Source: a bacterium (GTDB lineage Bacteria; Patescibacteriota; Minisyncoccia; Phycocordibacterales; UBA5272). Taken from it: DNA of 64,000 bases. Positions 20,669 to 30,904 of the stretch are shown one piece after another; the first letter of the stretch is position 1; every line of letters begins with the position of its first letter. The notes under the pieces were generated by a model, which ran no database searches, was not told where the DNA came from, and was given only the letters and a program-made list of their open reading frames with translations. The DNA is taken from assembly GCA_023267635.1 (NCBI GenBank), contig JAHFMX010000001.1, positions 3,800-67,799 on the forward strand, read 5' to 3'. The position numbers and the translations under genes are program-made.

Positions 20669-21730
20669 CTAAAACGTTGTAGGTAACATATCAAAAAGTC
20701 TCTTTGTTTCAATTCTTATTTGCTCTCTTAACTTAACATCCATAATAGCAGATTCAAGTAAGTCCATAGCAGTCTTAACATTTCCAAATTCTCCTGCCTT
20801 CACCATTCTTGCTAGGTTGAGGTACCCCACTAAAGCAAAACGAACATATTCTTTGTGTTTATAAAGTAAGTTGAAATCAGGGGTTGGGATATTGTTGTGT
20901 GCTTTAGGGCTGTCTTTAGCTATTTGTGCAAAAAAAGAACCGTGAACAAAGTCACACCTAGCTTTGTATAAATCTTTTTTAATTTCATCTTCAATAGTCG
21001 GAAACCTTTCAGAAAGAAGAACGGCGACTCTTTTTCTCAGGCGATAAACAACCTCTTGGTTTTGAGAGTCTCCTGCTGTAAATAATGCTTCAAGAATAGT
21101 AGCCATTTCAGCAGATTCTCTTTGCCAACCAAAAGATGTTTTAGAATTTTCATAATCCTTAAGACCGTAATAGAGGAACGATGCTGAAAACAATCTCCAA
21201 TCTTCTTTATCCCAATGTTGTATTCTATCCAAATTCCAAGAACCATATTTTGTCTGTACAAGTAACAATTTATAAAAATTAACAAAAGCCTCTGTTTGAA
21301 AAAACGAAGCAGTCTGTGTATGAAAATAATCAAAATAATTTTTTTCGTGTTCTGGTCTAGTAATACCCATATCATTAACATAACAGAGTGGGTACAAGAA
21401 GTTAGGAGAATAAAGGTTCAAAAGGAAAATAGTTTCTGCATAGTTAAAAATACCTTCTTCAATTGTGTCTGGAATAAGTAATCCCCACGAAACTTTTTCA
21501 AATTGTTTTTCTGTTATACCGAATAAATCTCTACTTTCGGCTAATTTATAATTTCTCTTAACTGTATCATTTATTGGAGGTATTTTTTGCTGTATTTTCT
21601 CTACAAATTCATCAAGAGTGAACTGTTTTAAATCCCAACATTCATAGCCATCTTTGATAGCTAAAACTTTATCCTTTTGTGTTATAGGGTTTCCTGTAAA
21701 GGCAAGAAATATGGTCTTTGTTCTATTCAT
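20669..21730 (-). CDS. Apea-like HEPN domain protein
   Basis: TILEALF...YRLRKRVAVLL...LYKARCDFVHG (R-x4-H). Confidence 0.75.
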   Translation of the reverse strand: MNRTKTIFLAFTGNPITQKDKVLAIKDGYECWDLKQFTLDEFVEKIQQKIPPINDTVKRNYKLAESRDLFGITEKQFEKVSWGLLIPDTIEEGIFNYAETIFLLNLYSPNFLYPLCYVNDMGITRPEHEKNYFDYFHTQTASFFQTEAFVNFYKLLLVQTKYGSWNLDRIQHWDKEDWRLFSASFLYYGLKDYENSKTSFGWQRESAEMATILEALFTAGDSQNQEVVYRLRKRVAVLLSERFPTIEDEIKKDLYKARCDFVHGSFFAQIAKDSPKAHNNIPTPDFNLLYKHKEYVRFALVGYLNLARMVKAGEFGNVKTAMDLLESAIMDVKLREQIRIETKRLFDMLPTTF

Positions 21731-22857
21731 ATAATTTTTCTATTACCCGCACGTTTTAATAATTTATTAAACAGTCTTCGTGAAGAGCTTCTATAAACAA
21801 AAGCTTTAAGTTTTCTTGGTGTTGGGAAAGAAATATTATCAGTATACTCTTCCCACTTAATTTCATAGTCACAAAAATAACCTCTTCTACTTTTTTCAAA
21901 CTGCTTTTTTACTGCTAAGACAAAGAAGAGTAAAGCTATATCAATATGCGACTGCCACTTCTCAAAATTAAAATTGCTCAGTTTTACCTTATCACCGTGA
22001 ACTATACTATTTCTAAGTCGGTAAAACTTCTCTGCCCATATTCCTTTTTTACTCAGATATTCAAGGCTTTTAGGATTTGTCTTCTTATCCCAATAACTTA
22101 CATACTTTTTTTCTCCATCTAAATCGGAAATTGCTTGAATATTCCTTTTGAAGTGTTTTCTTTGTTGGGTTTCGGGAATAGAAAAGATAGCTTCAAAAGC
22201 AGACATAAATAAAAGGATACGTGCTTTATTACTTAAATGATTAGAGTTGTAATAGCCCTCCATACAGATTTGTGTTGAGTTAATTATTCTTCTGTATATT
22301 TTTGGTTTATGAGTTTTTAAATAAGTGAGTTCTGAAAAAATTTCGCCATCAAGAGTATAGTTGGAGGGGGTTGGAACAAAACTTGGTGTTAGAAAGCGAA
22401 TTTTATCTAGCGTATATCCAGCCTTACTGAATCTTACAATTTCACCAGAAGTCTCAGCTACGTGGTCGCTATCTAAAGTAAAGTTTTGGTAAATAACGTC
22501 AAAGTTTTCTGATGTTGCCATCCGATGCCCAGAATTAACATTAGAAATCCCAGTATTGTTGTTTGAAACGAAAGAAAGAAACAAGGTTGCTCTTGCCTCT
22601 TGAATTAGCTCAATTTCCTTTTGTGTAAAAGGTTGAAACTTGTTTCCTGTTATTTCTATAACGCCAATGTTTTTTACATTCCCGTGATGGGTTATGTGTG
22701 TAGCAAAGATTTTTTCAAGTTTTGTTTTTAAGACTTCATCTTTAATATAATCATCTTTTTTCTTATCAAAATTCCAAACCCTTAAGAAACCAAGATTAAT
22801 TTCGTCAAAACCATTCATAGATAAGTATGGGAAATATGCTACTTGGTAATAGTTCAT
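21727..22857 (-). CDS. Apea-like HEPN domain protein
   Basis: SAFEAIF...FYRLRNSIVHG (R-x4-H). Confidence 0.75.
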   Translation of the reverse strand: MNYYQVAYFPYLSMNGFDEINLGFLRVWNFDKKKDDYIKDEVLKTKLEKIFATHITHHGNVKNIGVIEITGNKFQPFTQKEIELIQEARATLFLSFVSNNNTGISNVNSGHRMATSENFDVIYQNFTLDSDHVAETSGEIVRFSKAGYTLDKIRFLTPSFVPTPSNYTLDGEIFSELTYLKTHKPKIYRRIINSTQICMEGYYNSNHLSNKARILLFMSAFEAIFSIPETQQRKHFKRNIQAISDLDGEKKYVSYWDKKTNPKSLEYLSKKGIWAEKFYRLRNSIVHGDKVKLSNFNFEKWQSHIDIALLFFVLAVKKQFEKSRRGYFCDYEIKWEEYTDNISFPTPRKLKAFVYRSSSRRLFNKLLKRAGNRKII

Positions 22858-22859
22858 AC

Positions 22860-23840
22860 CTATACATTTTCAAACTTAACACCTACTCTTCCTGCCAAGA
22901 CAAGAAAGAAATATAAAATCAAGTTAGAGTTTGATAAGTTACACTCCTGAATACTTATTTGTCCGTGGGCAACCTTATGTCGTAGGGTGTAACCAAGAGG
23001 TTCAAATAAAACAAACTTTATCTGTTCACAAAAGTCCCGCCCCCATTTATTTTGAAATTTTTCAGAACTTAAATACTCAGAAGATAAAGTTTTTATTTGG
23101 GTAGAAATCTCTTTCCCTCTGTTCAAGGAAACGATATCTATTCCAAGCTTTTCTGAAATATATAGAAATACTCCTTCAAATTGAGGTATCAAAATATGAA
23201 TAGCAGAAACATAATCATTATTTAAATATTTATCGATGCCCACCTCTATAAGTTTCAAATTATTTTCTGGGAAAATACCAGAACTACGAAGATAACTTAT
23301 AAAATTTTCTTTATCTAATCCTTTTTCTTTTAAACTTGTAAAAATTCTAGAGAGAAAAAGTTCACTAATTATTCCCTGACATATGGAATACATTTGTATG
23401 GTCCAAGCAAGGTTTCCATCAGTTCCACCCTTTACAAGATGGCCAGATTCAGACCTAGTAGACAAGTTAGCTATTTGGTAAGAAATTGGCATATTCCCCT
23501 GAGCAGTTTTCTCAACATCAGCCATTACTGGATACAACACTAAGCTTGCTCCTATCTTCTTTAAGATTTCTTCAATCGTTCCCTCTAAGATTGGGTTAAT
23601 GGCCTTTTCTATGTCTTCGTTAGGAACTTGTTGCTCAACAGAAAGTTCTTTATATGCAGATTTTGATTTACGATTCATCTCGACAACTTTATTTTTGCAA
23701 AAAGTGACAGAAGTAGAGTCTCCTAAGTTGCGAGCAATTTCGGTTGCGTCGGTATATAAAAAAGAGGATGAGAAAAAGTCCCCACTTTCTTCTGCAGTCT
23801 TGGCTTCCTCTAGCTTCAATTCTAGGTCTTCTTTTTTCAT
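22860..23840 (-). CDS. DUF4209-like protein (HEPN-like)
   Basis: SAIHILIPQFE...GYTLRHKVAHG. Confidence 0.7.
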   Translation of the reverse strand: MKKEDLELKLEEAKTAEESGDFFSSSFLYTDATEIARNLGDSTSVTFCKNKVVEMNRKSKSAYKELSVEQQVPNEDIEKAINPILEGTIEEILKKIGASLVLYPVMADVEKTAQGNMPISYQIANLSTRSESGHLVKGGTDGNLAWTIQMYSICQGIISELFLSRIFTSLKEKGLDKENFISYLRSSGIFPENNLKLIEVGIDKYLNNDYVSAIHILIPQFEGVFLYISEKLGIDIVSLNRGKEISTQIKTLSSEYLSSEKFQNKWGRDFCEQIKFVLFEPLGYTLRHKVAHGQISIQECNLSNSNLILYFFLVLAGRVGVKFENV

Positions 23841-23929
23841 TTGAGTATTGCTTACTTGCTTAATATATCACAAATATAACAATTATGATTACCTCCTTAT
23901 TTTAAGGATTTTAATGGTATAATTACTAT

Positions 23930-24583
23930 ATGAGTTCAGGTGAATTACAAGTTAATACGCCAAACAAATCTATAATCGTGGAGACAAAAACTGCACTAAC
24001 TTTTGGTATCGCTAGTGCATTAAAAAAGAAGATACTTAACGGTGAAGCATTATTCAAAAAAGACTCTCCAGTTATGATTGAAGTTGAGGCAAATACAAAC
24101 GGAGAAATATCAAATAAAACCATTACAATTCCTGCAAATACTGTTATGTCTTGGATTAAAAGAGATATGGTTATACCAGACACAAAGAAGACACTAAGAG
24201 ATTATCTAAACGAAGCCAGAGAAGAGCGAGCTGATGCACTAACAAAAAGGCAAAAACAAGAGATTAAACACCTTGCAATGAGGGAATTGGTGAAGATGGT
24301 TGCTATGCCAACTGAAAGCAATAGGAAGGAGATTATCGTTAACTATGCTAAAGATAAAAGTGGTGATGATGTAGAGCAAGGCAAAGCCGTAAGAACAACC
24401 ATAGGAGATGATGCCGAGAAGATGAGACTTAAAGCAAAAAACCTTCACTATATTTTGGACCACCTCGATGATGACTTTAAGAAACAGAAAGAGAAGTTAA
24501 ACAGTACACCACATACCTTCTCATTCTTGGCTTTAGCTGAAAAAGAACAGGAGATGATTAGAGAAGGGAAAATAAAGGCTTAA
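23930..24583 (+). CDS. Hypothetical protein
   Basis: 217-aa ORF with TGGTATAAT just upstream; 3' end duplicated at 25594. Confidence 0.6.
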   Translation: MSSGELQVNTPNKSIIVETKTALTFGIASALKKKILNGEALFKKDSPVMIEVEANTNGEISNKTITIPANTVMSWIKRDMVIPDTKKTLRDYLNEAREERADALTKRQKQEIKHLAMRELVKMVAMPTESNRKEIIVNYAKDKSGDDVEQGKAVRTTIGDDAEKMRLKAKNLHYILDHLDDDFKKQKEKLNSTPHTFSFLALAEKEQEMIREGKIKA

Positions 24584-25641
24584 TAAAACTTTGTTTTAGT
24601 TTTCTTTTACAAACTTGTCGTAGGCTTGCTGGATTAAATAAATACCATACTCTAATTCTTTCTCACTACTAATTTCAACGGATGATATATCTTGTTTATA
24701 GTATTTAATACTGTTCTCGTTATAATAGACTTTTTTCTCTGGGTCTTTAAAATCTTCTGGTTTGGTTCTAGTAAAATCAATACGTACTTTATTACTAGAA
24801 ATATGACAATAGAAAATGTTTCTCCAATTATTTGGTAATTGGAAAGATATGTAAGACTTTGTCGGATGTGCTACAACTTCTGAATCAATTATTGAAATCT
24901 TTTCTTTCAATTGTGAATAAAGTTTCTTACCATTCCCATCTGGTTTACTGGAAAGATAGTCATCTTCTGAATAATTCTTTACTTCTTTAGAAACTTTATT
25001 AACCTCACTATTTGAAATACCTAATGTCTCTATAGAAGCTTTAGTGCCAGAGCTTTTAATTTGTAGATATTGCAGTACGTCTCCTTCATACCTAGTAACT
25101 TCCCACAATTCAATTGGTAAATCTCTAAAGTTAATAGCTTCAAGCTGGTGAACTGTGAAAGACCTCGTTAGAAACAAAACTCTCATTTGGGACCAATCAA
25201 AATCTGCTTTCCCTTTTTTCTCTTGAAACTTTTTGTTAAATTCTAAAACAAACTCTGCCTGATTATTTAAAATTAAAGAAAGGTATGCAAAACCTTGGTC
25301 AACAACACTAAAACTTTTTTCACGCTTATATTCAATTACAACAAAAGATTTTTTATAAGTATCGTATGCGAGAGTATCTATACGTAAATTATTATGCTGA
25401 AATTCACTAGCCACAAATTCGAGACCAAATATCTCGTTTAAATTTTTTTCGGTTACACTTTGTAACTCTCTTTCTAAAGAAAAAGGTTTTTCCTTTATTA
25501 GAGCTAACTTCTCCTTGCTGTTACGATAAAGTGACATATGTTTATATATTTCTATTATACACTCTTTAAAATGGTGTGCGAATGTCTTTGTTAGCTTTAG
25601 CTGAAAAAGAACAAGAGATGATTAGAGACGGAAAACTAAAG
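24530..25641 (+). repeat. 48-bp imperfect direct repeat (24530-24577 and 25594-25641)
   Basis: GCTTTAGCTGAAAAAGAACARGAGATGATTAGAGAMGGRAAAMTAAAG, 44/48 identical. Confidence 0.85.
24596..25537 (-). CDS. NucS/DUF91-like PD-(D/E)xK nuclease fused to DUF5655-like domain
   Basis: LERELQ, RIDTLAYD, VIEYKR, DQGFAY; C-terminal TKSYISF. Confidence 0.7.
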   Translation of the reverse strand: MSLYRNSKEKLALIKEKPFSLERELQSVTEKNLNEIFGLEFVASEFQHNNLRIDTLAYDTYKKSFVVIEYKREKSFSVVDQGFAYLSLILNNQAEFVLEFNKKFQEKKGKADFDWSQMRVLFLTRSFTVHQLEAINFRDLPIELWEVTRYEGDVLQYLQIKSSGTKASIETLGISNSEVNKVSKEVKNYSEDDYLSSKPDGNGKKLYSQLKEKISIIDSEVVAHPTKSYISFQLPNNWRNIFYCHISSNKVRIDFTRTKPEDFKDPEKKVYYNENSIKYYKQDISSVEISSEKELEYGIYLIQQAYDKFVKEN

Positions 25642-25690
25642 AGAATATAATAATATAGATGGCATAAGGTATAATTAAACCATTTCAATT

Positions 25691-28183
25691 ATGCAAATTC
25701 TTATTACCTTAGCACTCATAGCCTTAACTGTTACTTTATATAAAAAATATAACAAAGCGAAGGAACATAAACGAATTCTCAGTCTATTGCTTACACTTAA
25801 AGACTATGAGACTGAGTACCTAACAGCACTCAAAGAATTTTACGATTTTGAGGACACAAAGTGGTTCGTTAGTGACAGACAATATCAATTATGGAAAACG
25901 AAGTATCAATATCTAGCGGAAAAGTTCAATCCCATTTTCATCGATATTGAAACTAATGACCCTTTTAAAAAAATCATTACAGACTTTGCTGACCGTTTTT
26001 TTGATGGAAGAAAATTATTTATTGATAACTTTAACGAAAACTTTGTAAAAAAAGAATCGCCTACAATCGAAAGTATTTTGAATGATAAAAAAATAAACCA
26101 TAACAATGACCAAGTAACGGCAATAGCCTCCGATGAAGATAACACTCTATTGGTCGCTGGAGCTGGTACAGGGAAAACTACTACAATTTTAGGTAAATTA
26201 GCATATTTAATTGAAAGGGCTGGGGTAAAACCAGAAGAGATACTACTCTTATCATTCACTGGACGTGCTGTTGATGAATTAACAGAAAGAATACATAAAA
26301 CATTCCCTGATAAAAATATCAAAGCACTAACTTTTCATAGTTTTGGTCTATCTGTTATAGGTGAGTCTCTTGGAGAAAGGCCAGACCTAGCATTCCCCAC
26401 TACAGTTTCTCGACAAAAGTTTTTGGACGAACAGTTTGATTTACAACTAAAAAATCCAGAATTTTTACATAAAGCAGTTGAATACTTTGCATATTATTTT
26501 AAACCAGTTATTCTCGAACCAGCATTTCAAAATCTTGATGACTATTACAAGTATTCCAAGACGGAACAACATATGACTTTAAAAAAGGAATTTTTAAAAA
26601 GTCAGCAAGAGGTTATGATTGCAAATTTTTTGTATATGAATGGCATACGTTATGAGTATGAAAAGGCCTATAAACACAAGACCGCTGATAAAGATTACCA
26701 ACAGTACAAACCAGACTTTTACTTATCTGATTATGACATTTATATCGAACATTTTGGAATCGACCGTAATGGTAATACTCATTTTTCACAAAATGAATCA
26801 CAAAACCTTTCTAAGACAAGAAAATACAACACGGAGATGGAATGGAAAAGGAATTTACACAAACAACATCAAACCAAACTTCTCGAAACATTCAGCTATG
26901 AATTTACTGAAAGAGATTGGAAGGATAAGCTTACCAAAAATCTAAAGCTATATAACGTTGAGTTTACTTCCATCAATAAAGATGAAATTATGAAAGAGCT
27001 TCGGTCCAGTGGCAACGTAAAAGAAATTGCCCAGCTCTTTGGTGTCTTCTTGGGTTTAACAAAATCAAATGGCTACACTGTAGACAAATTACAAGATGTT
27101 ATTTTATCTAGAAACAATAATCGAGAATTAGCTTTTTTTGAAATCTTTTCCCCAATTTATCAAGCTTATGAAGAATATCTTATTCACCATAAACAAATTG
27201 ATTTTGATGATATGTTAATTAAGTCTTCGCGATTTGTGAATGATGGTCTCTACAAGCACCAGTTCAGATATATTATTATTGACGAATTTCAAGATTTTTC
27301 TGTTAGTAAATACTTACTAGTAAAAGCACTTTGTGACCAGAGTCCTACTACTAAACTTTTTTGTGTGGGAGACGACTGGCAATCAATATTTCGTTTTTCT
27401 GGTTCTGATATTTCTCTGATGACCAATTTTGAAGAATCTTATGGTTTTACAAGGAAAAATCAATTAGTACTCACAAACCGTTTTGCTAACGGACTTGCAG
27501 TAATATCAAATAAGTTCATTTTAAAAAACCCAAGCCAAATAAATAAAGAAGTTAAATCTGCAAAAATGGAGACTGGTAATCCAGTGGAAATTCGATACCA
27601 AAAAAAGAAAAGTGATGCGGAGGAGCTTATACATGAAATACTTTCAACAATTAATAAATCTACATCTGATAATAAAGATAAGATAAGTGTATTTTTGCTT
27701 GGACGCTACAACTATAATAAACCAGACAACTTTTCGGGTTATTCAAGAGAATACAAAAATTTATCAATTGAATTTTTAACTATCCACGCATCGAAGGGTG
27801 CCGAAGCAGATTATGTGATTATTCTAGATGTGGTTTCAGGAAAACACGGCTTTCCTTCTGAAATAACAGATGACCCATTATTAGAAATAGTTCTAAGTAA
27901 GAGCGACTCATACCCACATGCAGAGGAGAGAAGGCTTATGTATGTCGCAATGACGAGAGCTAAACATAAAGTTTATATTATTACTGAAGATAGAAAACAG
28001 TCTGTATTCATTTTAGAATTGGAAGGGTCAAATAGGTCCGAGATAGAACACAAACAGTGTAATGAGTGTGGAGGTGAGATGATTCAAAGAAAGAGTTCCT
28101 ATGGCCTATTTTGGGGCTGTAGCAACTTCCCTGATTGCTCATACACAATTAGCACAAAGAGAGGTTATCAGAACAACCGTTAG
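25691..28183 (+). CDS. UvrD/helicase IV-like helicase with inserted nuclease-like domain and C-terminal topoisomerase-type Zn ribbon
   Basis: AGAGTGKT, IDEFQD, VGDDWQSIF, TIHASKGAE, EERRLMYVAMTRA; YKPDFYL..IEHFG insert; CNECG..GCSNFPDC. Confidence 0.85.
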   Translation: MQILITLALIALTVTLYKKYNKAKEHKRILSLLLTLKDYETEYLTALKEFYDFEDTKWFVSDRQYQLWKTKYQYLAEKFNPIFIDIETNDPFKKIITDFADRFFDGRKLFIDNFNENFVKKESPTIESILNDKKINHNNDQVTAIASDEDNTLLVAGAGTGKTTTILGKLAYLIERAGVKPEEILLLSFTGRAVDELTERIHKTFPDKNIKALTFHSFGLSVIGESLGERPDLAFPTTVSRQKFLDEQFDLQLKNPEFLHKAVEYFAYYFKPVILEPAFQNLDDYYKYSKTEQHMTLKKEFLKSQQEVMIANFLYMNGIRYEYEKAYKHKTADKDYQQYKPDFYLSDYDIYIEHFGIDRNGNTHFSQNESQNLSKTRKYNTEMEWKRNLHKQHQTKLLETFSYEFTERDWKDKLTKNLKLYNVEFTSINKDEIMKELRSSGNVKEIAQLFGVFLGLTKSNGYTVDKLQDVILSRNNNRELAFFEIFSPIYQAYEEYLIHHKQIDFDDMLIKSSRFVNDGLYKHQFRYIIIDEFQDFSVSKYLLVKALCDQSPTTKLFCVGDDWQSIFRFSGSDISLMTNFEESYGFTRKNQLVLTNRFANGLAVISNKFILKNPSQINKEVKSAKMETGNPVEIRYQKKKSDAEELIHEILSTINKSTSDNKDKISVFLLGRYNYNKPDNFSGYSREYKNLSIEFLTIHASKGAEADYVIILDVVSGKHGFPSEITDDPLLEIVLSKSDSYPHAEERRLMYVAMTRAKHKVYIITEDRKQSVFILELEGSNRSEIEHKQCNECGGEMIQRKSSYGLFWGCSNFPDCSYTISTKRGYQNNR

Positions 28184-28217
28184 TATCAGGAATCATTCCA
28201 GATTCTTTTCCACAGAG

Positions 28218-30902
28218 TTACTTACCAAATAGTCTTACCAACTCATCAAAGTTTTTTGCAGGGTTCTTTTCGTACTCTTCTTGCTTCACGTAAAGGGCTT
28301 TATATATAACCTTGCTCTGTCTTGCGTTTACATCCTCACACCACTTTTGAAGTCTTTCAAATTTAATTTTATCGTCTTCTTCTTCGCGACCCTTAGTTTC
28401 AATAATAAAAACTTGTTTGTCGTCTACTTTTACGAAGAAATCTGGGTAATAGGTAGCAATAAAACCTTCACTGTTTTTATACTCAATACGAAGTGCGTTA
28501 GCTTCTTTATTTTGGAAATTTTTAGCATAAGAAATAATCCCGTCACATTTTTCTAGAAAAGCACAGAACTCAAGTTCAAAATTACTATCACCAACAATTT
28601 TATTGAATACTGATTTTTTAGGAATGAGAAATGATTTATCATTTACAACAAAAGGTCTTGCCTCACTAACTTTTATATAATTCTTTATTTCAGTATCACC
28701 TTTATCTTGGACCGTAAGTTCATTTATAGATTTTTTGAATGCCTCTTTTATAAGTTTTATATATTCAACCTCAGACAGATTTCGTAACACATTCAAATCA
28801 GTAAGCTCTACTTTATCTTCAAACATATTATTCTCAATAAAGTCTTTTACTTTTGCAAATAAAATATCATAACATCCAAATAGCCTCATCTCTCTCATAA
28901 CAGCTTGAGCAAAGAAACCTACAACACTTTGGTAGTTTGGCTCAATATTACCATCAAGAATGGTTGTATGGTGCTTTTCTTCAGCCACAACATCTTTGAA
29001 GACTATCTCTCTTTTCTCTTCTTCTGTAAATGATTTTATTTTTACTTTTTCATTACCAAAATTTGATACATCTAAATTAGAAAGATTTTTATATTCCCTC
29101 TGTATTCTTGCTGTCATTACAGGTATTTCAATATCAAGTTTCTCAATATCTTTATTCTCATTTTCTTTGTCCACTTCAATAACTGTCGGTGAAATTGGTT
29201 TTGAACCACCACCCATAAGTCTCTTTTCAAGAAGAACACCTTCTCCTTTTATGCTTTCAATGAAATCCATAAAAGCTGGAGTCCCAATAACACTCACATA
29301 TTCATCAATGTCATCTCTACCAAAATACATCCTTCTCAAACCTCTCCCCAATGTCTGTTCTGGTAAGATTTTACTATCGGAAGCAAACGGACGAAGTCCA
29401 ACGATAGTGGTCACATTCTTAACATCCCAGCCTTCTTTAAGCATCATAACTGAAATAATTACCTTGTAAGGACTTTCCCAACTATCAATCTTGTTTGACT
29501 GCTTACGAAGCTCATCTAACTCTTCCTTGTTCTTACCTGATATTGTTTCTGATATTTCACCACTTTTATTTGTGTGAATAGTTAGGACTGCACCTTTCAA
29601 ATATGCAAAACTACTTTCTATATACTCAGCAACTTCATCACAATTCTTTGTATCGTCAGTCATAATAAAAAGTATCGCTTTCTTTCCTGTCTTTTGATGC
29701 TCTTCATATACTTTCTTCCATTCCTCAATACCAAGGTTGATAAAATCTCTATACTTCTCACTAAATAAAGTACTTTGCTTTTCTATCAATTTCCCTCTAC
29801 TTGCTTCATCTGGTACAACAGGTTGCTTTACTACTCTTTGATGTATTGCTTCAACCAGAGGATAATCTGATATAGTTTGTACGAAGATAGAACCATCCTT
29901 TTTCTTTGGTGTTGCTGTAACGTCAATCTGCAAAGAAAGTGCTCCACCTTTTTGTTTGAGTTTATTATCTATGTCACGAATAGATTTTAACCAAGCGTTC
30001 TCTTCGTGAATATGATGTGCCTCATCATTGATAACAATTAGTTCATCTATGTCACGAATAATCATACCCAAATCAACAGTTGAGTCGTTTGTTTTCGTTA
30101 CTGGTTTATCACCAAGAAAATATCCAGTACTATCTTCATCATCAGAACTAAATTCTTTTATGTCACTTTCAAAAACTCTGTGTATGTTCGTAAGAAATAT
30201 ATTTCCAGTATCTGAAACATTTTTCAAATCATCTTGTAAATGCAGAGTGATTTGAAAATCATCTTGCCAGTTTTGACCCATATATCCATTATCTGGCAAC
30301 ACTGGGTCCAAGAAAAATATCTTATTACCCTCAAAGTCGGATTTTAGTCTTTCAAACACAATAACGTTCGGAGCAATCAATAAAAAGTTATTTGCAAGCT
30401 TTGAACCTTCTTCGTATAGCTTATGGAAATATGCCCACGCAATAAGTAAACTCATTACCTTTGTCTTACCTGCACCTGTAGCCATTTTTATAACAAGACG
30501 AAGCCATTCCTCGGTGAACATCTGTGGACTTAAAACACCAGTAGAGTTGTAGCGTATCAAATCATATTTATCTTTTACTTGAGCAACCTCATAGAGCCAT
30601 ATGACAGTTTCTAAAGCTTCTCTTTGAGAAAAATAATATCGGAAATTATATGAAGAGCCGTCGTTATTATAGAGAGTGTGCTCTTCTTTGAACCACCATG
30701 TAAGAAGTGACTTTGATGTCTCGCTGGCACCGTCATAATTATTATCTCGCCATTCTTTTACTTTCTTACGAAGCTCAGCAACGAGTGGAGGAATAAGTTT
30801 TTCAAAACCTTTCTCACGTAAAACTTCATCAGCAGGAAACCATCTGATTTCAGGGTTAAGAATTGCATATGGGTCTCTTGGAAAATCTTTGTGTAGTGCC
30901 AT
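28218..30902 (-). CDS. Type III restriction enzyme Res subunit
   Basis: KMATGAGKT, NDEAHH, LKEGWD, QTLGRGLR, YYPDF..IETKG. Confidence 0.9.
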   Translation of the reverse strand: MALHKDFPRDPYAILNPEIRWFPADEVLREKGFEKLIPPLVAELRKKVKEWRDNNYDGASETSKSLLTWWFKEEHTLYNNDGSSYNFRYYFSQREALETVIWLYEVAQVKDKYDLIRYNSTGVLSPQMFTEEWLRLVIKMATGAGKTKVMSLLIAWAYFHKLYEEGSKLANNFLLIAPNVIVFERLKSDFEGNKIFFLDPVLPDNGYMGQNWQDDFQITLHLQDDLKNVSDTGNIFLTNIHRVFESDIKEFSSDDEDSTGYFLGDKPVTKTNDSTVDLGMIIRDIDELIVINDEAHHIHEENAWLKSIRDIDNKLKQKGGALSLQIDVTATPKKKDGSIFVQTISDYPLVEAIHQRVVKQPVVPDEASRGKLIEKQSTLFSEKYRDFINLGIEEWKKVYEEHQKTGKKAILFIMTDDTKNCDEVAEYIESSFAYLKGAVLTIHTNKSGEISETISGKNKEELDELRKQSNKIDSWESPYKVIISVMMLKEGWDVKNVTTIVGLRPFASDSKILPEQTLGRGLRRMYFGRDDIDEYVSVIGTPAFMDFIESIKGEGVLLEKRLMGGGSKPISPTVIEVDKENENKDIEKLDIEIPVMTARIQREYKNLSNLDVSNFGNEKVKIKSFTEEEKREIVFKDVVAEEKHHTTILDGNIEPNYQSVVGFFAQAVMREMRLFGCYDILFAKVKDFIENNMFEDKVELTDLNVLRNLSEVEYIKLIKEAFKKSINELTVQDKGDTEIKNYIKVSEARPFVVNDKSFLIPKKSVFNKIVGDSNFELEFCAFLEKCDGIISYAKNFQNKEANALRIEYKNSEGFIATYYPDFFVKVDDKQVFIIETKGREEEDDKIKFERLQKWCEDVNARQSKVIYKALYVKQEEYEKNPAKNFDELVRLFGK

Positions 30903-30904
30903 AT

